This document shows positions 10,201 to 16,198 of a stretch of DNA of 20,000 nucleotides, in pieces. Origin of the DNA: an uncultured virus (IMG/VR IMGVR_UViG_3300031519_000014). Its lineage: Duplodnaviria; Heunggongvirae; Uroviricota; Caudoviricetes. The stretch's first letter is position 1. Every line of letters starts with the position of its first letter. The notes under the pieces were generated by a model. That model was not told the origin of the DNA. It did no database searches and saw only the letters and a program-made list of their open reading frames with translations. Position numbers and translations under genes: made by a program. The stretch lies in the IMG/VR virus record IMGVR_UViG_3300031519_000014. One strand, written 5' to 3'.

Positions 10201-10906
10201 TATGTATGTTGGAGATGCTCCAACTGCACATACTCATTTACTTGCGGCAGGTGCAACTGACATAACTGCTACCGCAGCAGAGGTAAATATATTAGATCTA
10301 GCAGGATTAACCACAGGGTGGACTCTCCGTGCAACAGGAGCAACAACTGCAGCATGGGGGCAGCTACGCGGTGGTGATATTAACAACGATCAAGGTTGGA
10401 CATCAAATGCAGGTACAGTCACAAGTATTGCAACGACAGAAGGAATTTCAGGAGGAAGTATTACATCATCTGGTACATTACGTTTAGATTTTACTGGGTT
10501 GGCCGATCTTTCAGAAGCTGTAGTAGCAGCTGATACTATAGCAATATTTAACGCATCTGCTAGTGCACATCAAGAAGCTACATTTACCCAAGTACAAGCA
10601 TACATGCAAGCAAACTTATCGTTTGGAGGAGGTGGTGCACCGTCATTACGAAATGTAACTGCAACCACTACTTTTTCTACTGCACACGAGACAATAAATT
10701 GTCTAAGCGGAACATTTACAGTTAATTTACCAGCCGCTAACCCCATTCAAGGCACAACATATACGATTGTTAACAGCGGAACTGGAGTAATAACATTAGA
10801 CGGAAATGGATCAGAAACAATTAATGGTGCTGAAACCATTACACTTGTGGAATATGAAAGTAGAACAGTGCAATCTACAGGTTCGGGCAGTTGGATAATC
10901 ATATAA
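4292..10906 (+). CDS. Giant repetitive tail fibre-like structural protein (2204 aa)
   Basis: Uninterrupted 6.6-kb ORF, T/S/G/A/D-rich, several repeat families, fibre motifs (YTLPTVDG; DDNKDRGI..GFFGLDDSTGRFTFIPDATN; YKGAYNASTNTP; HTH) and a C-terminal TVNLPAA..ETING..W module. Confidence 0.85.
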   Translation: MKTTNKFQNISVKGFITIKDQYTLPTVDGVFGHIMITDGAGGVTFQAPSALSLTTNDITEDPSNLYFTNERVDDRVDQLIIDGTGLTWTYLDGADTLQGNVVLTPFTTTDLSEGTNQYYTGERVDDRVSTLLQNGTGISWLYSDNGTSAGTLTPTITLSPFDTDDLSEGAVNKYATNENIDDRVSNLILDGTGLTWTYNNPANTFTGNVSLSSFDTDDLSEGAINKYYLDESVADYLGNTLLQDTATVTWTYNDIANTLEADAVSQPLLIDIQKGGGLIGSRGIINFIEGAGVALSIADNGANSRVDVTVTSTSTGNAGTLNKILSENLQIGDADIESLNFSSKFSVVEAPDTYVTVDITMLIEELSDVSMISPAINGDILLYNGTSGLWENESIVELLTLDNLSNVELTSPILNGQIITFNNGTGLWTNSDRSLYTLDEVETSMSPISGDIMRYNTSSSKWEAARPFTIISRNGTQTGGLYPEELDFSTKFSTTVNGGNPARIDVDIIMTLDELTNVTVSAPSNGEIIKYNSGSGQWENAADGSSVMLQDVYDNSTLGRITTDVTRGSFEIKQGSGSNTDIILEGINDVDATVFSLTGEGKITAGEWNGTEIGILYGGTGQTTAQAAIDALTQVSSGTTSHVLTKDGSGNATWQATAAADLTIIQVDGVQVSTGAPTLDFDSTYFSLTESPTDDFDITFLPGGIDHDSLLNFVTNEHIDHTNVTITAGSGLSYSVFGTDISQDSTIELDINSLTTESVIAGTDFIAFWDVIGVTNKKITVNNFLTGLSLGLTQVLSADNTTSGRDIIITAGDNIIFESGSFGSTIGTETLTADWVANLPNASGTLALTSQTNGTIGHDTDLTGVVSDEHIDHTQVTLTAGIGLTGGGTIAANRTFDLDIPGLTALSSPFEPVSADTFAIYNSVSAAHEELTLTQLANGVQTELSLVDGSGTNNYISKWTPDGNTLGDSLIQDDGTTLGIGIAPNASYYLHLSSSIRTGVFNETFYNGALTSWGLQVSNSGVDTATNKFGIQTSVGNNPTLNTGIYSRAYSAAITNVGIFAEAVAATNNYAIRLVDGTETTANRVLSNIDTSGHAHWVDLTESMITDLGSYALETTTITAGIGLVGGGDISANRTIDLNIPELPALSEGSIASADTFAMYNASVPAHEEVTLTQIAAGIQTELGLVTGAAVNNQVAVWSGTDTLDGDSGFTFDGTTLVVPNLTVSGTTTTIDSTVVTIADPVFQIGDDAVDDNKDRGISFLWNNGATKEGFFGLDDSTGRFTFIPDATNTTEVFSGTLGDVEFGGIYGTIQTVSQTNITEIGTITTGTWNGTAIGDTYISSAATWNALVSNVTTNLSEGVTTNTTVDVDSSDGTNATLAAASTIRAGVMTKAKFDEVVANNAKISNVSTDLSLGPISATAMDVNSSDGTNVTLTEADTNFAGVMSAAKWNEIVANTLKNTNVSTTLSQGTLTATTYGITSDGGADDIVLIEADTNNAGLLGSDKWDEIVANTLKNTNVSTTLAAGTITGTTYGITSDGGADDIILPQATITEAGLLAAADQVKLNNTSGTNTGDQTSIVGITGTKAQFDTELSDGNFMYIGDAPTAHTHLLAAGATDVTATAAEVNLLDLAALTARDVLVASGATAASWRPLVEADISDLGTGSTMNADTTLAGNAYFLDDDTMAGNDATKVASQQSIVAYVSSEIASAITTGMDYKGAYNASTNTPDLDTSPIAANIGDVYAVTVAGTFFTVLVEAGDILIANQNTPTVEAHWDVVQANLTPASIKTQYESNADTNAFTDAEQTSIGHISVTQAVNLDTMESDIALNNAKVTNVSTDLSLGTLSATTMIVNSSDGTNATLIEADTTNAGLLGSDKWDEIVANTLKNTNISTSLSTGTVTSTTYAITSDGGADDVVLVEATTSSAGLLGSDKWDEIVANTAKVSNITQTSIVGITGTKAQFNTELSDGTFMYVGDAPTAHTHLLAAGATDITATAAEVNILDLAGLTTGWTLRATGATTAAWGQLRGGDINNDQGWTSNAGTVTSIATTEGISGGSITSSGTLRLDFTGLADLSEAVVAADTIAIFNASASAHQEATFTQVQAYMQANLSFGGGGAPSLRNVTATTTFSTAHETINCLSGTFTVNLPAANPIQGTTYTIVNSGTGVITLDGNGSETINGAETITLVEYESRTVQSTGSGSWIII
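4451..5080 (+). repeat. Four tandem ~53-aa coding repeats (TxDLSEGxxNxYxTxERVDDRVxxLxxxGTGxTWTY)
   Basis: Directly visible in the translation; boundaries approximate. Confidence 0.85.
5378..5915 (+). repeat. Four ~30-aa coding repeats (LDxLxxVxxxxPxxGxIxxYNxxxxxWEN)
   Basis: Directly visible in the translation; three are tandem, the fourth follows a spacer. Confidence 0.8.
6438..6913 (+). repeat. Exact 20-bp direct repeat atgaacatattgaccatact (EHIDHT) at 6438-6457 and 6894-6913
   Basis: Read directly from the DNA; each copy opens a TxTAGxGL...LDI module, with a further related module near 7640-7850. Confidence 0.8.
8342..10310 (+). repeat. Six 55-56-aa coding repeats (NVSTxLSxG...AGLLGSDKWDEIVANTxK) and two QTSIVGITGTKAQF...AHTHLLAAGATD blocks
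   Basis: Protein repeats plus near-identical DNA: 8798-8842 vs 9914-9958 (44/45) and 9899-9943 vs 10067-10111 (44/45). Confidence 0.9.
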
Positions 10907-10909
10907 ATA
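10902..10909 (+). promoter_or_regulatory. TATAAATA, exact T4-type late promoter consensus overlapping the fibre stop codon
   Basis: Ends 16 nt upstream of ATG10926. Confidence 0.5.
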
Positions 10910-10925
10910 AACAAAATAATAAAAA

Positions 10926-12425
10926 ATGAGCTATAACCCTAAAGTATTTACACAAACGATCAATGGAACTAGTATTGTCGAAGTTTCAAAAGAATCTGAT
11001 TTTGGAGTAGTAGGCGCAGTCACTGCGGGTGCTATTGTATTGGATGGAAACACAACATATATAGTAAGAGGAAACGTAGATTGTGCAAACCGACTTATTG
11101 CTGACGAAGAAGGTATTTCAATTATAGGTTCGGATCGAGACAAAGATGGACTAACATACACGCCAACGTCATCGGCAGTAGATTTTATCACAGTAGACAA
11201 TATAAATTTTGGAATGGAGTCACTAAAGATGTCATCCAATAACGCGACAGCTGGAAAGGTAATATTGCGAGCTGATAATTTTGATTATACGGCAGGAGTA
11301 TATAACGCTGGAAGAACCAAAGTATGTACATTGATTAATATGCAGTTTAGAAACTGTTACGATGTATGGCATATCGAAGGATTTGACTTAGTAGATATCC
11401 AGAATTGCTTGATTTGGTACATTCAAGCTAGCGGTATGGGTTGTCATTTCCACAATAACTCTAAACTGCAACTTACAAGTTGTGAATACGTTAGATGGTT
11501 TGATGAGACAAATGTTACGGCCCCTGTATATGCAGAAACTGGCACTGCGTATGTTATAGGAAATAAAGTCAGATTGGGTCCTTCATTTTATATTGCAACT
11601 GCAAATTCAGCAAGCCCAAACGCAGGCACGTTTGACCCGGCAGATTGGAGCGCAACTGGATATTCAACTGTATCAATGGTTGAATTAATAGATAACACAA
11701 CCGGAGGTGCAGGCGATGTTGGATTTGGGGCAGTTAATATAACCGGCTGTATATTTCATCCACAACAAACACAGAATGGTATTAATATAAAGCCAGGATC
11801 AACAACGGGGTTTGGAACTGTTGCATCAAATACTTTTATAAATGTAGGGCTAGTTCCTGGTACCAGTCCAACGGTAGGAGAGGTATTCGTAGGTAATGAT
11901 TTAACTCCGGCAGGAGGTACCGGAGCGTATAATTCAGATGAATGTTTGAAATATGATATTCTTGCAAATAACGGTATTCTAAATTCAACGGCAGGGGTTG
12001 TAATGACGATGGAGGGAAACACTACAAATACTGCTTTAGCATTAAACACACCTGCTCAAATAAATACGGGAACTCTTGCATTAGTACAGGCATCTGTCAG
12101 ATATTCCATTACTACAGCAGGGAGGGTTACATATTTTGGAACAAAGCAAATCTACGCATCAATTCACGCAAGTATAAGCTATTCTAAACAACAAGGTGGA
12201 GCTGATGATTATACATTTACCCTTAGAAAGGGCACAGCTACAACAACTGCAGTTGATCTACCTGGTGCCGCTTTGCTTGTCAGGGCCGGAGGTAGTGAAG
12301 ATTCTGTAACAATGGTTTACGGAACTTTATTTGATTTGGGCGATTATATTGAAATTTGGGTAGAAAACACCACATCAACTGATGATATGAGGATTACTGA
12401 TTGGCAAGTAGTAATAAGAGAATAA
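10926..12425 (+). CDS. Putative tailspike/receptor-binding protein: beta-helix-like region, CBM5/12-like insert, C1q/BclA-like C-terminus
   Basis: Periodic beta-strand pattern with N/C ladders (LINMQFRNC, VDIQNC, LQLTSC, VNITGC, VASNTF); GTAYVIGNKV...YIA...DW insert; terminal GRVTY...LGDYIEIWVEN pattern. Confidence 0.6.
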   Translation: MSYNPKVFTQTINGTSIVEVSKESDFGVVGAVTAGAIVLDGNTTYIVRGNVDCANRLIADEEGISIIGSDRDKDGLTYTPTSSAVDFITVDNINFGMESLKMSSNNATAGKVILRADNFDYTAGVYNAGRTKVCTLINMQFRNCYDVWHIEGFDLVDIQNCLIWYIQASGMGCHFHNNSKLQLTSCEYVRWFDETNVTAPVYAETGTAYVIGNKVRLGPSFYIATANSASPNAGTFDPADWSATGYSTVSMVELIDNTTGGAGDVGFGAVNITGCIFHPQQTQNGINIKPGSTTGFGTVASNTFINVGLVPGTSPTVGEVFVGNDLTPAGGTGAYNSDECLKYDILANNGILNSTAGVVMTMEGNTTNTALALNTPAQINTGTLALVQASVRYSITTAGRVTYFGTKQIYASIHASISYSKQQGGADDYTFTLRKGTATTTAVDLPGAALLVRAGGSEDSVTMVYGTLFDLGDYIEIWVENTTSTDDMRITDWQVVIRE

Positions 12426-12437
12426 CGTAGTTAAAAC

Positions 12438-12986
12438 CTAATCAAAATCAATATCTAAATCAAAGTTTAGATACTCAAACTTAGCGTTGAACGTTTTGAA
12501 GTCAGGAGTTACTGAACTATACGATAGTTTAATCCCGTCTTGTCCCTTTAGGATTGGCCGGTTGAATATAACAGATGATACCATATAGCCTTCATTATTT
12601 AATAAGGATAGCCTGATGGGATCCAAATGTTGTTTAGGATTACTGAAATCTAAGAAGTTTAAGGCGTTATCTACAAATATCCAATAATTCAAGAAAGCAT
12701 CAGTCATTTTAAACGTAATAGTGAAGTCACGTTGAAATAGATCCTCAATAGGTTTAGAATCTTTATATCCTTGTTGTTTACCTAATGTTCTAGTTTGATT
12801 GGCAGTTTCCATATTCCATCCTGGAAATTCTATCTGCTGAATAGTAGAAGACATAAAATCTTCAATTGTATCATATGGCATTATCAAACTTTGATAATAC
12901 TTCTTGTACTTCTCTTTTATACTCTCGTGAAAAAAGTCCGGTGGGAATAGTACTACAAATCCGTTATTTCTTGCGTTTAAAATCAT
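12438..12986 (-). CDS. gp3: T4 gp3-like tail tube terminator (tail completion protein)
   Basis: Colinear with T4 gp3 as I recall it: [12 protein letters not shown] ~ [21 protein letters not shown] ~ [23 protein letters not shown] ~ ITLYILDN..SINFYKP; LSYS ~ FSYT; similar length. Confidence 0.7.
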   Translation of the reverse strand: MILNARNNGFVVLFPPDFFHESIKEKYKKYYQSLIMPYDTIEDFMSSTIQQIEFPGWNMETANQTRTLGKQQGYKDSKPIEDLFQRDFTITFKMTDAFLNYWIFVDNALNFLDFSNPKQHLDPIRLSLLNNEGYMVSSVIFNRPILKGQDGIKLSYSSVTPDFKTFNAKFEYLNFDLDIDFD

Positions 12987-13159
12987 TTCTTACCTAATTT
13001 TCTATCTCGACATACGCGTGCTTCTCTTCTAGTTGCAAAATTTCCTAAGGAGATCTTACCAAGGTATACCCACCATCGTTCGCCTTGAAGTATTATTTTC
13101 ATTTCGTTTATGACATCTTCATTTATGAATTGTACATATGTTTTTACGTTTTGTTTCAT
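12983..13159 (-). CDS. 58-aa basic protein absent from the ORF track; N-terminal T4 capsid-targeting-like sequence; possible internal head protein
   Basis: [58 protein letters not shown]; fills the gap exactly with ATGA overlaps at both ends (13156-13159 and 12983-12986). Confidence 0.85.
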   Translation of the reverse strand: MKQNVKTYVQFINEDVINEMKIILQGERWWVYLGKISLGNFATRREARVCRDRKLGKK

Positions 13160-13938
13160 TCTGTTGGTGGAAAGTCCTTATCTACCCATACATCAGCTAA
13201 CGTAGTACCGTCCGGAGTTTTTTTCGACATATTGAAGTGATTAATAGTATTTCCTTTGTACATAGTTGATGAATCATCAAATGAAGGATAATAAGTCTCC
13301 ATTGCTATTTGAAATTTAGTATGAATATATTTGTCTGTGCTATATTCAAAATTATATTTCTTATCGTTTGACATGGATTCTGGGAAACTTAATTGTGCTG
13401 GGATTCTAATTCCTCTATATTGAAAGTATACAACTTCGTTCTTATAATAAAAATCAAATATTTTTTCTACTATCTTAAATGTTTTATTTAGGTTATCACT
13501 TTTAATTTCAATTTCAAATTTAAGATCCATTGGAAGTCCACTCATTCTAGATGAATATGCTTTCATTACCTTTTGATCATTATCTCCACGCTCTTCTTGT
13601 TTCCAAGTTCCACGTACAAATCTATTAGTCATGTCTCCACTTTTAATTGCAAAATCCTTAAGTGATACAATTCCCCTTGGCACAACATCATAGTTACCTT
13701 CTGCGAATTCAGGATATGTACAATCGTCTGGAATATCAATAAAGAAATCTTGCATAAATCCTCCGTCTCCACCTGCAGTATACATAAATGGTATTTTATG
13801 TTGTTCGACTACGCCATCTCTAACTAGATCAATTATTATCCTTTTATTTAAAACACTAAGCATTGCAAGTGATGCATTTCTCATGAACACGTCCTGTACA
13901 TTTTTATTTGTTATATTGTTATGATTAGATGTTTGCAT
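13156..13938 (-). CDS. gp15: T4 gp15-like tail sheath terminator
   Basis: FMRNASLAMLSVLN, KIPFMY, VVPRGIVSLKDF, PMDLKFEIEI, FKIVEKIFDFY and ETYYP parallel T4 gp15 motifs as I recall them (FRRY..MGDLF, RVPITY, ILPRINL, PIKMIYELSI, FQIVEQILPYF, GWMYP); follows a gp14-like gene. Confidence 0.8.
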   Translation of the reverse strand: MQTSNHNNITNKNVQDVFMRNASLAMLSVLNKRIIIDLVRDGVVEQHKIPFMYTAGGDGGFMQDFFIDIPDDCTYPEFAEGNYDVVPRGIVSLKDFAIKSGDMTNRFVRGTWKQEERGDNDQKVMKAYSSRMSGLPMDLKFEIEIKSDNLNKTFKIVEKIFDFYYKNEVVYFQYRGIRIPAQLSFPESMSNDKKYNFEYSTDKYIHTKFQIAMETYYPSFDDSSTMYKGNTINHFNMSKKTPDGTTLADVWVDKDFPPTE

Positions 13939-13944
13939 ATATTC

Positions 13945-13953
13945 TTATTTATC
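13945..13953 (-). promoter_or_regulatory. Putative late promoter motif GATAAATAA overlapping the gp14-like stop codon
   Basis: Minus strand reads AGATAAATAAGAATAT-ATG(13938). Confidence 0.35.
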
Positions 13954-16099
13954 TATTTTTTGCAATGTAAGGAAGGCCTTGTTGAGGTTTACAATTATCA
14001 ATTATTAATAACTTAGACTCGTCCTTTAAATATTGCTGACTTAATATAAAATCATGATCCTCTTCCTTGATCATTGTATTAAATAATCGTATGTTTGATA
14101 TCCACATATTTGAAGATGGGATATAATATTTTTCTCCTACTAAATTAAACTCTAATTCAGGAATAGATGATATGTTCTCAAATATGCGTGTGAAATCATC
14201 ATGATTAGTTATATCCGCGATATCTTCTTTTACAGAATAAACATAAATTCCACATTGGTTAAATTCGTTAGAAGCGGAAACAACTATCGCGTGCCATGCT
14301 CCAGTAGCAAAATTAGATAGCGTATGTGTTTTAGTGGTTCCATTAATTTGAACATTTATAACGAAATCACCAAGAGTAGAATCTCCTGAATTTTTAGTAA
14401 ATTGCCCAGATACTTTAAATCCTTGAACTGATTCATTATCATATCCATTGATGAACTGAATTACATCACTTCCTATGTTTAAATTAAATAGGGCAGTATA
14501 TGATAAGTTGCAATTTGTATCTTTATCAAAAATAGGTTCAGCATTATAAACAATAGAAGATTCTCTTATTTTAAAACTAACTATATCCTTTCCGTCTCCA
14601 TCTAATCCATGCATGATGTTCTTTTGTTTCTTAAACGATAAATCCGAGTATGCCTCAATTCTTATGTATCTACCCGATTCAGAGACACCTTCGTGATTTG
14701 GAATCGTATCAAGTGGCCCTCGAATCTTGACGAACTTGGAATCTGAACCGAATACATTTTTATCTGTAGTGATCAACGCATTGTTTCTCCATGACTTATA
14801 TGGTCCACTATCTTGGTATGCTAATATTACATCGTAAAGTCTAGCATCTCCTTCATTTAATCCTGCTAAATTCTCAAGATTTATAGTTTGTCGAGTTAAC
14901 GTAGTATCTCCAGTTATTTCAAAAGCAGATGTCTGAGTTACAATAGCACTCAGATCATAATAGTTCTCTATTAAACTTGCGTAGTTGAAGTTATATTTAA
15001 GAGGTCGTATTCTAAGATCAGGGTGTATTGCTTGCCTAGAAGAATCAAAACGTTGAGATATTGTGTCATATTGTTTAGGCATCATGGCATCACTCGTAGT
15101 ATCTTCAACCTCGTCCTTGAATAGATCATCAGCTGACTGTATAACGTTATCTAGGAATGTCCTAGAATCATCAGTAAGAAGCATATCTATGTTAGGATTG
15201 TATTTTTGTAGAGATACCTTCCAAAAGGTCGGATCCATCATAAATCCCCTGTGTAAATAACTTCCAGTTATTTCATACATTCTATTAAGTAATGGAAAGT
15301 ATAAAAAGTCTCTATGCCTAGGATGTGATCCTTTTCCAAATACAGATTGGAAGTATCTATGATCTAGATGGATCTCGAATGGTAATTCAAAATCTAGTCC
15401 AAATTCGGTAAATTTAGGATCGTTGCTTGGAAATGAATTCTTGGGAACCATTACCTTAATACACTTTCTATCTACGTTTTTAAAGAGTGTCCATTCTTTA
15501 AATATGAAATCTCCAGAATCAGATTCAGGGAGTGTTCTAAAATAAACAACCTCATGTCCGAACATTTTATTTGTATAGAATGAGAGCTCCTTAAACATTC
15601 CAATTGCCGAATCAACCTGATAAGGTCTGAAACTAGGATCTGTTGTATTTATTATTGTTGTACATTTCTCGTCAGAGCATAATATAACAGGTGCGTAAGT
15701 ATTAGCAACTGTTTCTACACTTGAAAATCTTAATTTAATTTCATTGATCTCGATTATTGACGCCATTTCAGTAAATGTGCCATCGTCAAATTCGTATTTA
15801 ATTTCAAAGTAGAAATTTGAATCTTCTTCGAATATGATATTATCTGCTCCACCTAGGTTTCCAGGTTCAACGTCGTACCATAAGGACCAATCTAGTTTAT
15901 TTCTAGAATATCTAAAGTATCTTTTTAAGTTATTCAGATCGAGTGCATCAGGTGAGCTGATAATTAAATCTTCAAGCATCTCAGTCAATCCTGTAATCTT
16001 AGTAACGGGATCGGATGTTGAAAATATTCTGAAATTCTTACTAAAAGTTAAAGAATTTTTATCAGGATTAATCAATAATTTAAGTGTAATATTAGCCAT
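13949..16099 (-). CDS. gp14: Enlarged T4 gp14-like neck/head-closure protein with N-terminal extension and C-terminal LamG-like domain
   Basis: Central MFGHEVVYF..DFIFKE..KFTEFGL..FEIHL..F..PRHRDFLYFPLLNRMYEI parallels T4 gp14 (MRGVECYY..DLIFGE..FSNFGM..PKEGDLIYFPMDNSLFEI); C-terminal WHAIVVS...ISNIRLFN. Confidence 0.75.
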   Translation of the reverse strand: MANITLKLLINPDKNSLTFSKNFRIFSTSDPVTKITGLTEMLEDLIISSPDALDLNNLKRYFRYSRNKLDWSLWYDVEPGNLGGADNIIFEEDSNFYFEIKYEFDDGTFTEMASIIEINEIKLRFSSVETVANTYAPVILCSDEKCTTIINTTDPSFRPYQVDSAIGMFKELSFYTNKMFGHEVVYFRTLPESDSGDFIFKEWTLFKNVDRKCIKVMVPKNSFPSNDPKFTEFGLDFELPFEIHLDHRYFQSVFGKGSHPRHRDFLYFPLLNRMYEITGSYLHRGFMMDPTFWKVSLQKYNPNIDMLLTDDSRTFLDNVIQSADDLFKDEVEDTTSDAMMPKQYDTISQRFDSSRQAIHPDLRIRPLKYNFNYASLIENYYDLSAIVTQTSAFEITGDTTLTRQTINLENLAGLNEGDARLYDVILAYQDSGPYKSWRNNALITTDKNVFGSDSKFVKIRGPLDTIPNHEGVSESGRYIRIEAYSDLSFKKQKNIMHGLDGDGKDIVSFKIRESSIVYNAEPIFDKDTNCNLSYTALFNLNIGSDVIQFINGYDNESVQGFKVSGQFTKNSGDSTLGDFVINVQINGTTKTHTLSNFATGAWHAIVVSASNEFNQCGIYVYSVKEDIADITNHDDFTRIFENISSIPELEFNLVGEKYYIPSSNMWISNIRLFNTMIKEEDHDFILSQQYLKDESKLLIIDNCKPQQGLPYIAKNR

Positions 16100-16115
16100 C
16101 TGATTGAATTTTAGA

Positions 16116-16186
16116 CTTTTTATTATTTATTCATGTATTTTTAGTTAAACTGAACTTCTTTTTTCGGTAGAATAAATAATAAAAAG
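16116..16186. promoter_or_regulatory. Divergent pair of identical 17-bp motifs GAATAAATAATAAAAAG (minus 16116-16132, plus 16170-16186)
   Basis: Perfect inverted repeat with a 37-nt spacer; each copy points to a start codon 16 nt (ATG16099) or 12 nt (TTG16199) downstream. Confidence 0.7.
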
Positions 16187-16198
16187 AATACTTAACAT

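Noticed and set aside
4687..12049. Long antisense ORFs (e.g. 4996..6135, 379 aa; 6343..6825; 9730..10116; 10931..11239)
   Set aside because: Shadows of the real genes. In that frame a stop needs a pyrimidine wobble base followed by a Tyr/His/Gln codon, which is rare in these T/G/S/D-rich proteins; the translations are low-complexity S/V/P/I.
16116..16186. 17-bp inverted repeat as a terminator hairpin or mobile-element end
   Set aside because: Almost pure A/T, 37-nt loop, lies between divergent starts, and single copies of the motif precede other genes; paired promoters explain it better.
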